Source: Eledone cirrhosa
Taxonomy: Eukaryota
NCBI GenBank assembly: GCA_964016885.1
Contig: OZ024742.1
Location: 18,848,001 to 18,912,000 of the forward strand
Length of the DNA: 64,000 nt
Direction: 5' to 3'
This document shows positions 1-15,896 of the stretch, in pieces (within the stretch, counting starts at the first letter, position 1; each line of letters starts with the position of its first letter). A model generated the notes under the pieces. That model worked only from the letters and a program-made list of their open reading frames with translations. It ran no database searches and was not told the origin of the DNA. The translations under genes and the position numbers were made by a program.

Positions 1-3000
1 CTCTGCCATTCTATCTAACGTCCTAACAACTCTGCCATTCTATCCAACGTCTTAACAACTCTGCCATTCTATCTGACGTTCTAACAACTCTGCCATTCTA
101 TCTAACGTCCTAACAACTCTGCCATTCTATCCAACGTCCTAACAACTCTGCCATTCTATCCAACGTCCTAACAACTCTGCCATTCTATCTGACGTCCTAA
201 CAACTCTGCCATTCTATCTGACGTTCTAACAACTCTGCCATTCTATCTAACGTCCTAACAACTCTGCCATTCTATCTGACGTTCTAACAACTCTGCCATT
301 CTATCTAACGTCCTAACAACTCTGCCATTCTATCCAACGTCCTAACAACTCTGCCATTCTATCTGACGTTCTAACAACTCTGCCATTCAATCCAACGTCC
401 TAACAACTCTGCCATTCTATCTAACGTCCTAACGACTCTGCCATTCTATCCAACGTCCTAACAACTCTGTCATTCTATCCAACGTCCTAACAACTCTGCC
501 ATTCTATCTGACGTCCTAATAACTCTGCCATTCTATCCAACGTCCTAACAACTCTGCCATTCTATCTGACGTTCTAACAACTCTGCCGTTCTATCCAACA
601 TCCTAACAACTCTGCCATTCTATCTGACGTTCTAACAACTCTGCCATTCTATCTAACGTCCTAACAACTCTGCCATTCTATCTGACGTTCTAACAACTCT
701 GCCATTCTATCCAACGTCCTAACAACTCTGCCATTCTATCTAACGTCCTAACGACTCTGCTATTCTATCCAACGGCCTAACAACTCTGCCATTCTATCCA
801 ACGTCCTAACAACTCTGCCATTCTATCTGACGTCCTAACAACTCTGCCATTCTATCCAACGTCCTAACAACTCTGCCATTCTATCCAACGTCCTAACAAC
901 TCTGCCATTCTATCTGACGTCCTAACAACTCTGCCATTCTATCTGACGTTCTAACAACTCTGCCATTCTATCTAACGTCCTAACAACTCTGCCATTCTAT
1001 CTGACGTTCTAACAACTCTGCCATTCTATCCAACGTCCTAACAACTCTGCCATTCTATCTAACGTCCTAACGACTCTGCTATTCTATCCAACGGCCTAAC
1101 AACTCTGCCATTCTATCCAACGTCCTAACAACTCTGCCATTCTATCTGACGTCCTAACAACTCTGCCATTCTATCCAACGTCCTAACAACTCTGCCATTC
1201 TATCTGACGTTCTAACAACTCTGCCATTCTATCCAACGTCCTAACTACTCTGCCATTCTATCTGACGTTCTAACAACTCTGCCATTCTATCCAACGTCCT
1301 AACAACTCTGCCATTCTATCCAACGTCCTAACAACACTGCCATTCTATCTGACGTTCTAACAACTCTGCTATTATATCCAACGTCCTAACAACTCTGCCA
1401 TTCTATCTAACGTCCTAACGACTCTGCCATTCTATCCAACGTCCTAACAACTCTGTCATTCTATCCAACGTCCTAACAACTCTGCCATTCTATCTGACGT
1501 CCTAACAACTCTGCCATTCTATCCAACGTCCTAACAACTCTGCCATTCTATCTGACGTTCTAACAACTCTGCCATTCTATCCAACATCCTAACAACTCTG
1601 CCATTCTATCTGACGTTCTAACAACTCTGCCATTCTATCCAACGTCCTAACAACTCTGCCATTCTATCCAACGTCCTAACAACTCTGCCATTCTATCTGA
1701 CGTCCTAACAACTCTGCCATTCTATCTGACGTTCTAACAACTCTGCCATACTATCTAACGTCCTAACGACTCTGCTATTCTATCTGACGTCCTAACAACT
1801 CTGCCATTCTATCTGACGTTCTAACAACTCTGCCATTCTATCCAACGTCCTAACAACTCTGCCATTCTATCCAACGTCCTAACAACTCTGCCATTCTATC
1901 TGACGTCCTAACAACTCTGCCATTCTATCTGACGTTCTAACAACTCTGCCATTCTATCTAACGTCCTAACAACTCTGCCATTCTATCCAACGTCCTAACA
2001 ACTCTGCCATTCTATCTGACGTTCTAACAACTCTGCCATTCAATCCAACGTCCTAACAACTCTGCCATTCTATCTAACGTCCTAACGACTCTGCCATTCT
2101 ATCCAACGTCCTAACAACTCTGTCATTCTATCCAACGTCCTAACAACTCTGCCATTCTATCTGACGTCCTAATAACTCTGCCATTCTATCCAACGTCCTA
2201 ACAACTCTGCCATTCTATCTGACGTTCTAACAACTCTGCCGTTCTATCCAACATCCTAACAACTCTGCCATTCTATCTGACGTTCTAACAACTCTGCCAT
2301 TCTATCCAACATCCTAACAACTCTGCCATTCTATCCAACGTCCTAACAACTCTGCCATTCTATCTGACGTTCTAACAACTCTGCCATTCTATCCAACGTC
2401 CTAACAACTCTGCCATTCTATCTGACGTTCTAACAACTCTGCCATTCTATCCAACGTCCTAACAACTCTGCCATTCTATCCAACGTCCTAACAACTCTGC
2501 CATTCTATCTGACGTCCTAACAACTCTGCCATTCTATCTGACGTTCTAACAACTCTGCCATTCTATCTAACGTCCTAACGACTCTGCTATTCTATCTGAC
2601 GTCCTAACAACTCTGCCATTCTATCTGACGTCCTAACAACTCTGCCATTCTATCCAACGTCCTAACAACTCTGCCATTCTATCTGACGTCCTAACAACTC
2701 TGCCATTCTATCTGACGTTCTAACAACTCTGCCATTCTATCCAACGTCCTAACAACTCTGCCATTCTATCCAACGTCCTAACAACTCTGCCATTCTATCT
2801 GACGTCCTAACAACTCTGCCATTCTATCTGACGTTCTAACAACTCTGCCATTCTATCCAACGTCCTAACAACTCTGCCATTCTATCTAACGTCCTAACGA
2901 CTCTGCCATTCTATCCAACGTCCTAACAACTCTGCCATTCTATCCAACGTCCTAACAACTCTGCCATTCTATCTAACGTCCTAACAACTCTGCCATTCTA

Positions 3001-6000
3001 TCCAACGTCTTAACAACTCTGCCATTCTATCTGACGTTCTAACAACTCTGCCATTCTATCTAACGTCCTAACAACTCTGCCATTCTATCCAACGTCCTAA
3101 CAACTCTGCCATTCTATCCAACGTCCTAACAACTCTGCCATTCTATCTGACGTCCTAACAACTCTGCCATTCTATCTGACGTTCTAACAACTCTGCCATT
3201 CTATCTAACGTCCTAACAACTCTGCCATTCTATCTGACGTTCTAACAACTCTGCCATTCTATCTAACGTCCTAACAACTCTGCCATTCTATCCAACGTCC
3301 TAACAACTCTGCCATTCTATCTGACGTTCTAACAACTCTGCCATTCAATCCAACGTCCTAACAACTCTGCCATTCTATCTAACGTCCTAACGACTCTGCC
3401 ATTCTATCCAACGTCCTAACAACTCTGTCATTCTATCCAACGTCCTAACAACTCTGCCATTCTATCTGACGTCCTAATAACTCTGCCATTCTATCCAACG
3501 TCCTAACAACTCTGCCATTCTATCTGACGTTCTAACAACTCTGCCGTTCTATCCAACATCCTAACAACTCTGCCATTCTATCTGACGTTCTAACAACTCT
3601 GCCATTCTATCTAACGTCCTAACAACTCTGCCATTCTATCTGACGTTCTAACAACTCTGCCATTCTATCCAACGTCCTAACAACTCTGCCATTCTATCTA
3701 ACGTCCTAACGACTCTGCTATTCTATCCAACGGCCTAACAACTCTGCCATTCTATCCAACGTCCTAACAACTCTGCCATTCTATCTGACGTCCTAACAAC
3801 TCTGCCATTCTATCCAACGTCCTAACAACTCTGCCATTCTATCCAACGTCCTAACAACTCTGCCATTCTATCTGACGTCCTAACAACTCTGCCATTCTAT
3901 CTGACGTTCTAACAACTCTGCCATTCTATCTAACGTCCTAACAACTCTGCCATTCTATCTGACGTTCTAACAACTCTGCCATTCTATCCAACGTCCTAAC
4001 AACTCTGCCATTCTATCTAACGTCCTAACGACTCTGCTATTCTATCCAACGGCCTAACAACTCTGCCATTCTATCCAACGTCCTAACAACTCTGCCATTC
4101 TATCTGACGTCCTAACAACTCTGCCATTCTATCCAACGTCCTAACAACTCTGCCATTCTATCTGACGTTCTAACAACTCTGCCATTCTATCCAACGTCCT
4201 AACTACTCTGCCATTCTATCTGACGTTCTAACAACTCTGCCATTCTATCCAACGTCCTAACAACTCTGCCATTCTATCCAACGTCCTAACAACACTGCCA
4301 TTCTATCTGACGTTCTAACAACTCTGCTATTATATCCAACGTCCTAACAACTCTGCCATTCTATCTAACGTCCTAACGACTCTGCCATTCTATCCAACGT
4401 CCTAACAACTCTGTCATTCTATCCAACGTCCTAACAACTCTGCCATTCTATCTGACGTCCTAACAACTCTGCCATTCTATCCAACGTCCTAACAACTCTG
4501 CCATTCTATCTGACGTTCTAACAACTCTGCCATTCTATCCAACATCCTAACAACTCTGCCATTCTATCTGACGTTCTAACAACTCTGCCATTCTATCCAA
4601 CGTCCTAACAACTCTGCCATTCTATCCAACGTCCTAACAACTCTGCCATTCTATCTGACGTCCTAACAACTCTGCCATTCTATCTGACGTTCTAACAACT
4701 CTGCCATACTATCTAACGTCCTAACGACTCTGCTATTCTATCTGACGTCCTAACAACTCTGCCATTCTATCTGACGTTCTAACAACTCTGCCATTCTATC
4801 CAACGTCCTAACAACTCTGCCATTCTATCCAACGTCCTAACAACTCTGCCATTCTATCTGACGTCCTAACAACTCTGCCATTCTATCTGACGTTCTAACA
4901 ACTCTGCCATTCTATCTAACGTCCTAACGACTCTGCTATTCTATCTGACGTCCTAACAACTCTGCCATTCTATCTGACGTCCTAACAACTCTGCCATTCT
5001 ATCCAACGTCCTAACAACTCTGCCATTCTATCTGACGTCCTAACAACTCTGCCATTCTATCTGACGTTCTAACAACTCTGCCATTCTATCCAACGGCCTA
5101 ACAACTCTGCCATTCTATCCAACGTCCTAACAACTCTGCCATTCTATCTGACGTCCTAACAACTCTGCCATTATATCCAACGTCCTAACAACTCTGCCAT
5201 TCTATCTGACGGTCTAACAACTCTGCCATTCTATTCAACGTCCTAACAACTCTGCCATTCTATCCAACGTCCTAACAACTCTGCCATTCTATCTGACGTT
5301 CTAACAACTCTGCCATTCTATCCAACGTCCTAACAACTCTGCCATTCTATCTAACGTCCTAACGACTCTGCTATTCTATCCAACGGCCTAACAACTCTGC
5401 CATTCTATCCAACGTCCTAACAACTCTGCCATTCTATCTGACGTCCTAACAACTCTGCCATTCTATCCAACGTCCTAACAACTCTGCCATTCTATCTGAC
5501 GTTCTAACAACTCTGCCATTATATCCAACGTCCTAACAACTCTGCCATTCTATCTAACGTCCTAACGACTCTGCCATTCTATCCAACGTCCTAACAACTC
5601 TGTCATTCTATCCAACGTCCTAACAACTCTGCCATTCTATCCAACGTCCTAACAACTCTGCCATTCTATCTGACGTTCTAACAACTCTGCCATTATATCC
5701 AACGTCCTAACAACTCTGCCATTCTATCTAACGTCCTAACGACTCAGCCATTCTATCCAACGTCCTAACAACTCTGTCATTCTATCCAACGTCCTAACAA
5801 CTCTGCCATTCTATCTGACGTCCTAACAACTCTGCCATTCTATCTGACGTTCTAACAACTCTGCCATTCTATCCAACATCCTAACAACTCTGCCATTCTA
5901 TCTGACGTTCTAACAACTCTGCCATTCTATCCAACATCCTAACAACTCTGCCATTCTATCCAACATCCTAACAACTCTGCCATTCTATCCAACGTCCTAA

Positions 6001-9000
6001 CAACTCTGCCATTCTATCTGACGTTCTAACAACTCTGCCATTCTATCCAACGTCCTAACAACTCTGCCATTCTATCCAACGTCCTAACAACTCTGCCATT
6101 CTATCTGACGTTCTAACAACTCTGCCATTCTATCCAACGTCTTAACAACTCTGCCATTCTATCCAACGTCCTAACAACTCTGCCATTCTATCTGACGTTC
6201 TAACAACTCTGCCATTCTATCCAACGTCCTAACAACTCTGCCATTCTATCTAACGTCCTAACGACTCTGCCATTCTATCCAACGTCCTAACAACTCTGCC
6301 ATTCTATCCAACGTCCTAACAACTCTGCCATTCTATCTGACGTCCTAACAACTCCGCCATTCTCTCTGACGTTCTAACAACTCTGCCATTCTATCCAACA
6401 TCCTAACAACTCTGCCATTCTATCTGACGTTCTAACAACTCTGCCATTCTATCTAACATCCTAACAACTCTGCCATTCTATCCAACGTCCTAACAACTCT
6501 GCCATTCTATCTGACGTTCTAACAACTCTGCCATTCTATCCAGCGTCCTAACAACTCTGCCATTCTATCTGACGTTCTAACAACTCTGCCATTCTATCCA
6601 ACGTCCTAACAACTCTGCCATTCTATCCAACGTCCTAACAACTCTGCCATTCTATCTGACGTCCTAACAACTCTGCCATTCTATCTGACGTTCTAACAAC
6701 TCTGCCATTCTATCTGACGTCCTAACAACTCTGCCATTCTATCTGACGTTCTAACAACTCTGCCATTCTATCCAACGTCCTAACAACTCTGCCATTCTAT
6801 CCAACGTCCTAACAACTCTGCCATTCTATCTGACGTCCTAACAACTCTGCCATTCTATCTGACGTTCTAACAACTCTGCCATTCTATCCAACGTCCTAAC
6901 AACTCTGCCATTCTATCTAACGTCCTAACGACTCTGCCATTCTATCCAACGTCCTAACAACTCTGCCATTCTATCCAACGTCCTAACAACTCTGCCATTC
7001 TATCTAACGTCCTAACAACTCTGCCATTCTATCCAACGTCTTAACAACTCTGCCATTCTATCTGACGTTCTAACAACTCTGCCATTCTATCTAACGTCCT
7101 AACAACTCTGCCATTCTATCCAACGTCCTAACAACTCTGCCATTCTATCCAACGTCCTAACAACTCTGCCATTCTATCTGACGTCCTAACAACTCTGTCA
7201 TTCTATCTGACGTTCTAACAACTCTGCCATTCTATCTAACGTCCTAACAACTCTGCCATTCTATCTGACGTTCTAACAACTCTGCCATTCTATCTAACGT
7301 CCTAACAACTCTGCCATTCTATCCAACGTCCTAACAACTCTGCCATTCTATCTGACGTTCTAACAACTCTGCCATTCAATCCAACGTCCTAACAACTCTG
7401 CCATTCTATCTAACGTCCTAACGACTCTGCCATTCTATCCAACGTCCTAACAACTCTGTCATTCTATCCAACGTCCTAACAACTCTGCCATTCTATCTGA
7501 CGTCCTAATAACTCTGCCATTCTATCCAACGTCCTAACAACTCTGCCATTCTATCTGACGTTCTAACAACTCTGCCGTTCTATCCAACATCCTAACAACT
7601 CTGCCATTCTATCTGACGTTCTAACAACTCTGCCATTCTATCCAACATCCTAACAACTCTGCCATTCTATCCAACGTCCTAACAACTCTGCCATTCTATC
7701 TGACGTTCTAACAACTCTGCCATTCTATCCAACGTCCTAACAACTCTGCCATTCTATCTGACGTTCTAACAACTCTGCCATTCTATCCAACGTCCTAACA
7801 ACTCTGCCATTCTATCCAACGTCCTAACAACTCTGCCATTCTATCTGACGGTCTAACAACTCTGCCATTCTATTCAACGTCCTAACAACTCTGCCATTCT
7901 ATCCAACGTCCTAACAACTCTGCCATTCTATCTGACGTTCTAACAACTCTGCCATTCTATCCAACGTCCTAACAACTCTGCCATTCTATCTAACGTCCTA
8001 ACGACTCTGCTATTCTATCCAACGGCCTAACAACTCTGCCATTCTATCCAACGTCCTAACAACTCTGCCATTCTATCTGACGTCCTAACAACTCTGCCAT
8101 TCTATCCAACGTCCTAACAACTCTGCCATTCTATCTGACGTTCTAACAACTCTGCCATTCTATCCAACGTCCTAACTACTCTGCCATTCTATCTGACGTT
8201 CTAACAACTCTGCCATTCTATCCAACGTCCTAACAACTCTGCCATTCTATCCAACGTCCTAACAACTCTGCCATTCTATCTGATGTTCTAACAACTCTGC
8301 CATTATATCCAACGTCCTAACAACTCTGCCATTCTATCTAACGTCCTAACAACTCTGCCATTCTACCTGACGTTCTAACAACTCTGCCATTCTATCTAAC
8401 GTCCTAACGACTCTGCTATTCTATCCAACGGCCTAACAACTCTGCCATTCTATCCAACGTCCTAACAACTCTGCCATTCTATCTGACGTCCTAACAACTC
8501 TGCCATTCTATCCAACGTCCTAACAACTCTGCCATTCTATCTGACGTTCTAACAACTCTGCCATTCTATCCAACGTCCTAACAACTCTGCCATTCTATCC
8601 AACGTCCTAACAACTCTGCCATTCTATCTGACGTCCTAACAACTCTGCCATTCTATCTGACGTTCTAACAACTCTGCCATTCTATCTAACGTCCTAACGA
8701 CTCTGCTATTCTATCCAACGGCCTAACAACTCTGCCATTCTATCCAACGTCCTAACAACTCTGCCATTCTATCTGACGTCCTAACAACTCTGCCATTATA
8801 TCCAACGTCCTAACAACTCTGCCATTCTATCTGACGGTCTAACAACTCTGCCATTCTATTCAACGTCCTAACAACTCTGCCATTCTATCCAACGTCCTAA
8901 CAACTCTGCCATTCTATCTGACGTTCTAACAACTCTGCCATTCTATCCAACGTCCTAACAACTCTGCCATTCTATCTAACGTCCTAACGACTCTGCTATT

Positions 9001-12000
9001 CTATCCAACGGCCTAACAACTCTGCCATTCTATCCAACGTCCTAACAACTCTGCCATTCTATCTGACGTCCTAACAACTCTGCCATTCTATCCAACGTCC
9101 TAACAACTCTGCCATTCTATCTGACGTTCTAACAACTCTGCCATTCTATCCAACGTCCTAACTACTCTGCCATTCTATCTGACGTTCTAACAACTCTGCC
9201 ATTCTATCCAACGTCCTAACAACTCTGCCATTCTATCCAACGTCCTAACAACTCTGCCATTCTATCTGACGTTCTAACAACTCTGCCATTATATCCAACG
9301 TCCTAACAACTCTGCCATTCTATCTAACGTCCTAACGACTCTGCCATTCTATCCAACGTCCTAACAACTCTGTCATTCTATCCAACGTCCTAACAACTCT
9401 GCCATTCTATCTAACGTCCTAACGACTCAGCCATTCTATCCAACGTCCTAACAACTCTGTCATTCTATCCAACGTCCTAACAACTCTGCCATTCTATCTG
9501 ACGTCCTAACAACTCTGCCATTCTATCTGACGTTCTAACAACTCTGCCATTCTATCCAACATCCTAACAACTCTGCCATTCTATCCAACGTCCTAACAAC
9601 TCTGCCATTCTATCCAACGTCCTAACAACTCTGCCATTCTATCTGACGTTCTAACAACTCTGCCATTCTATCCAACGTCCTAACAACTCTGCCATTCTAT
9701 CCAACGTCCTAACAACTCTGCCATTCTATCTGACGTTCTAACAACTCTGCCATTCTATCCAACGTCTTAACAACTCTGCCATTCTATCCAACGTCCTAAC
9801 AACTCTGCCATTCTATCTGACGTTCTAACAACTCTGCCATTCTATCCAACGTCCTAACAACTCTGCCATTCTATCTAACGTCCTAACGACTCTGCCATTC
9901 TATCCAACGTCCTAACAACTCTGCCATTCTATCTGACGTCCTAACAACTCCGCCATTCTCTCTGACGTTCTAACAACTCTGCCATTCTATCCAACATCCT
10001 AACAACTCTGCCATTCTATCTGACGTTCTAACAACTCTGCCATTCTATCTAACATCCTAACAACTCTGCCATTCTATCCAACGTCCTAACAACTCTGCCA
10101 TTCTATCTGACATTCTAACAACTCTGCCATTCTATCCAACGGCCTAACAACTCTGCCATTCTATCCAACGTCCTAACAACTCTGCCATTCTATCTGACGT
10201 CCTAACAACTCTGCCATTCTATCCAGCGTCCTAACAACTCTGCCATTCTATCTGACGTCCTAACAACTCTGCCATTCTATCCAACGTCCTAACAACTCTG
10301 CCATTCTATCTGACGTTCTAACAACTCTGCCATTCTATCCAACGGCCTAACAACTCTGCCATTCTATCCAACGTCCTAACGACTCTGCTATTCTATCCAA
10401 CGGCCTAACAACTCTGCCATTCTATCCAACGTCCTAACAACTCTGCCATTCTATCTGACGTCCTAACAACTCTGCCATTCTATCCAACGTCCTAACAACT
10501 CTGCCATTCTATCTGACGTTCTAACAACTCTGCCATTCTATCCAACGTCCTAACTACTCTGCCATTCTATCTGACGTTCTAACAACTCTGCCATTCTATC
10601 CAACGTCCTAACAACTCTGCCATTATATCCAACGTCCTAACAACTCTGCCATTCTATCTGACGGTCTAACAACTCTGCCATTCTATTCAACGTCCTAACA
10701 ACTCTGCCATTCTATCCAACGTCCTAACAACTCTGCCATTCTATCTGACGTTCTAACAACTCTGCCATTCTATCCAACGTCCTAACAACTCTGCCATTCT
10801 ATCTAACGTCCTAACGACTCTGCTATTCTATCCAACGGCCTAACAACTCTGCCATTCTATCCAACGTCCTAACAACTCTGCCATTCTATCTGACGTCCTA
10901 ACAACTCTGCCATTCTATCCAACGTCCTAACAACTCTGCCATTCTATCTGACGTTCTAACAACTCTGCCATTCTATCCAACGTCCTAACTACTCTGCCAT
11001 TCTATCTGACGTTCTAACAACTCTGCCATTCTATCCAGCGTCCTAACAACTCTGCCATTCTATCTGACGTCCTAACAACTCTGCCATTCTATCCAACGTC
11101 CTAACAACTCTGCCATTCTATCTGACGTTCTAACAACTCTGCCATTCTATCCAACGGCCTAACAACTCTGCCATTCTATCCAACGTCCTAACGACTCTGC
11201 TATTCTATCCAACGGCCTAACAACTCTGCCATTCTATCCAACGTCCTAACAACTCTGCCATTCTATCTGACGTCCTAACAACTCTGCCATTCTATCCAAC
11301 GTCCTAACAACTCTGCCATTCTATCTGACGTTCTAACAACTCTGCCATTCTATCCAACGTCCTAACTACTCTGCCATTCTATCTGACGTTCTAACAACTC
11401 TGCCATTCTATCCAACGTCCTAACAACTCTGCCATTATATCCAACGTCCTAACAACTCTGCCATTCTATCTGACGGTCTAACAACTCTGCCATTCTATTC
11501 AACGTCCTAACAACTCTGCCATTCTATCCAACGTCCTAACAACTCTGCCATTCTATCTGACGTTCTAACAACTCTGCCATTCTATCCAACGTCCTAACAA
11601 CTCTGCCATTCTATCTAACGTCCTAACGACTCTGCTATTCTATCCAACGGCCTAACAACTCTGCCATTCTATCCAACGTCCTAACAACTCTGCCATTCTA
11701 TCTGACGTCCTAACAACTCTGCCATTCTATCCAACGTCCTAACAACTCTGCCATTCTATCTGACGTTCTAACAACTCTGCCATTCTATCCAACGTCCTAA
11801 CTACTCTGCCATTCTATCTGACGTTCTAACAACTCTGCCATTCTATCCAACGTCCTAACAACTCTGCCATTCTATCCAACGTCCTAACAACTCTGCCATT
11901 CTATCTGACGTTCTAACAACTCTGCCATTATATCCAACGTCCTAACAACTCTGCCATTCTATCTAACGTCCTAACGACTCTGCTATTCTATCCAACGGCC

Positions 12001-15000
12001 TAACAACTCTGCCATTCTATCCAACGTCCTAACAACTCTGCCATTCTATCTGACGTCCTAACAACTCTGCCATTCTATCCAACGTCCTAACAACTCTGCC
12101 ATTCTATCTGACGTTCTAACAACTCTGCCATTCTATCCAACGTCCTAACTACTCTGCCATTCTATCTGACGTTCTAACAACTCTGCCATTCTATCCAACG
12201 TCCTAACAACTCTGCCATTCTATCCAACGTCCTAACAACTCTGCCATTCTATCTGACGTTCTAACAACTCTGCCATTATATCCAACGTCCTAACAACTCT
12301 GCCATTCTATCTAACGTCCTAACGACTCTGCCATTCTATCCAACGTCCTAACAACTCTGTCATTCTATCCAACGTCCTAACAACTCTGCCATTCTATCTA
12401 ACGTCCTAACGACTCAGCCATTCTATCCAACGTCCTAACAACTCTGTCATTCTATCCAACGTCCTAACAACTCTGCCATTCTATCTGACGTCCTAACAAC
12501 TCTGCCATTCTATCTGACGTTCTAACAACTCTGCCATTCTATCCAACATCCTAACAACTCTGCCATTCTATCTGACGTTCTAACAACTCTGCCATTCTAT
12601 CCAACATCCTAACAACTCTGCCATTCTATCCAACGTCCTAACAACTCTGCCATTCTATCCAACGTCCTAACAACTCTGCCATTCTATCTGACGTTCTAAC
12701 AACTCTGCCATTCTATCCAACGTCCTAACAACTCTGCCATTCTATCCAACGTCCTAACAACTCTGCCATTCTATCTGACGTTCTAACAACTCTGCCATTC
12801 TATCCAACGTCTTAACAACTCTGCCATTCTATCCAACGTCCTAACAACTCTGCCATTCTATCTGACGTTCTAACAACTCTGCCATTCTATCCAACGTCCT
12901 AACAACTCTGCCATTCTATCTAACGTCCTAACGACTCTGCCATTCTATCCAACGTCCTAACAACTCTGCCATTCTATCTGACGTCCTAACAACTCCGCCA
13001 TTCTCTCTGACGTTCTAACAACTCTGCCATTCTATCCAACATCCTAACAACTCTGCCATTCTATCTGACGTTCTAACAACTCTGCCATTCTATCTAACAT
13101 CCTAACAACTCTGCCATTCTATCCAACGTCCTAACAACTCTGCCATTCTATCTGACATTCTAACAACTCTGCCATTCTATCCAACGGCCTAACAACTCTG
13201 CCATTCTATCCAACGTCCTAACAACTCTGCCATTCTATCTGACGTCCTAACAACTCTGCCATTCTATCCAACGTCCTAACAACTCTGCCATTCTATCTGA
13301 CGTCCTAACAACTCTGCCATTCTATCCAACGTCCTAACAACTCTGCCATTCTATCTGACGTTCTAACAACTCTGCCATTCTATCCAACGGCCTAACAACT
13401 CTGCCATTCTATCCAACGTCCTAACGACTCTGCTATTCTATCCAACGGCCTAACAACTCTGCCATTCTATCCAACGTCCTAACAACTCTGCCATTCTATC
13501 TGACGTCCTAACAACTCTGCCATTCTATCCAACGTCCTAACAACTCTGCCATTCTATCTGACGTTCTAACAACTCTGCCATTCTATCCAACGTCCTAACT
13601 ACTCTGCCATTCTATCTGACGTTCTAACAACTCTGCCATTCTATCCAACGTCCTAACAACTCTGCCATTCTATCCAACGTCCTAACAACTCTGCCATTCT
13701 ATCTGACGTTCTAACAACTCTGCCATTATATCCAACGTCCTAACAACTCTGTCATTCTATCCAACGTCCTAACAACTCTGTCATTCTATCCAACGTCCTA
13801 ACAACTCTGCCATTCTATCTGACGTCCTAACAACTCTGCCATTCTATCCAACGTCCTAACAACTCTGCCATTCTATCTGACGTTCTAACAACTCTGCCAT
13901 TCTATCCAACATCCTAACAACTCTGCCATTCTATCTGACGTTCTAACAACTCTGCCATTCTATCCAACGTCCTAACAACTCTGCCATTCTATCCAACGTC
14001 CTAACAACTCTGCCATTCTATCTGACGTCCTAACAACTCTGCCATTCTATCTGACGTTCTAACAACTCTGCCATTCTATCTAACGTCCTAACGACTCTGC
14101 TATTCTATCCAACGGCCTAACAACTCTGCCATTCTATCCAACGTCCTAACAACTCTGCCATTCTATCTGACGTTCTAACAACTCTGCCATTCTATCCAAC
14201 ATCCTAACAACTCTGCCATTCTATCTGACGTTCTAACAACTCTGCCATTCTATCCAACGTCCTAACAACTCTGCCATTCTATCCCACGTCCTAACAACTC
14301 TGCCATTCTATCTGACGTCCTAACAACTCTGCCATTCTATCTGACGTCCTAACAACTCTGCCATTCTATCTGACGTTCTAACAACTCTGCCATTCTATCT
14401 AACGTCCTAACAACTCTGCCATTCTATCTGACGTTCTAACAACTCTGCCATTCTATCTAACGTCCTAACAACTCTGCCATTCTATCCAACGTCCTAACAA
14501 CTCTGCCATTCTATCTGACGTTCTAACAACTCTGCCATTCTATCCAACGTCCTAACAACTCTGCCATTCTATCTAACGTCCTAACGACTCTGCCATTCTA
14601 TCCAACGTCCTAACAACTCTGTCATTCTATCCAACGTCCTAACAACTCTGCCATTCTATCTGACGTCCTAATAACTCTGCCATTCTATCCAACGTCCTAA
14701 CAACTCTGCCATTCTATCTGACGTTCTAACAACTCTGCCATTCTATCCAACGTCCTAACAACTCTGCCATTCTATCTGACGTTCTAACAACTCTGCCATT
14801 CTATCCAACGTCCTAACAACTCTGCCATTCTATCCAACGTCCTAACAACTCTGCCATTCTATCCAACGTCCTAACAACTCTGCCATTCTATCCAACGTCC
14901 TAACAACTCTGCCATTCTATCTGACGTCCTAACAACTCTGCCATTCTATCCAACGTCCTAACAACTCTGCCATTCTATCCAACGTCCGAACAACTCTGCC

Positions 15001-15896
15001 ATTCTATCTAACGTCCGAACAACTCTGCCATTCTATCTGACGTTCTAACAACTCTGCCATTCTATCTAACGTCCTAACAACTCTGCCATTCTATCCAACG
15101 TCCTAACAACTCTGCCATTCTATCTGACGTCCTAACAACTCTGCCATTCTATCCAACGTCCTAACAACTCTGCCATTCTATCCAACGTCCGAACAACTCT
15201 GCCATTCTATCTAACGTCCGAACAACTCTGCCATTCTATCTGACGTCCTAACAACTCTGCCATTCTATCTGACGTTCTAACAACTCTGCCATTCTATCTA
15301 ACGTCCTAACAACTCTGCCATTCTATCCAACATCCTAACAACTCTGCCATTCTATCTAACGTCCGAACAACTCTGCCATTGTATCTGACGTCCTAACAAC
15401 TCTGCCATTCTATCTCACGTTCTAACAACTCTGCCATTCTATCCAACGTCCTAACAAGTCTGCCATTCTATCCAACGTCCTAACAACTCTGCCATTCTAT
15501 CTTACGTCCTAACAACTCTTCCATTCTATCCAACGTCCTAACAACTCTGCCATTCTATCTGACGTTCTAACAACTCTGCCATTCTATCTGACGTCCTAAC
15601 AACTCTGCCATTCTATCCAACGTCCTAACAACTCTGCCATTCTATCCAACGTCCTAACAACTCTGCCATTCTATCCAACATCCTAACAACTCTGCCATTC
15701 TATCCAACATCCTAACGACTCTGCCATTCTATCTGACGTCCTAACAACTCTGCCATTCCAACATCCTAACAATTCTGCCATTCTATCCAACGTCCTAACA
15801 ACTCTGCCATTCTATCCAACGTCCTAACAACTCTGCCAATCTATCCAACGTCCTAACAACTCTGCCATTCTATCCAACGTCCTAACAACTCTGCCA
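1..15896. repeat. 29-bp satellite array (consensus CTCTGCCATTCTATCCAACGTCCTAACAA), about 548 copies in window, open at the left edge
   Basis: Continuous 29-bp periodicity with recurrent variants (CCAAC/CTGAC/CTAAC, GTCCT/GTTCT); more divergent after about 15350; ends in ...CTCTGCCAATACGCCGCC. Confidence 0.99.
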
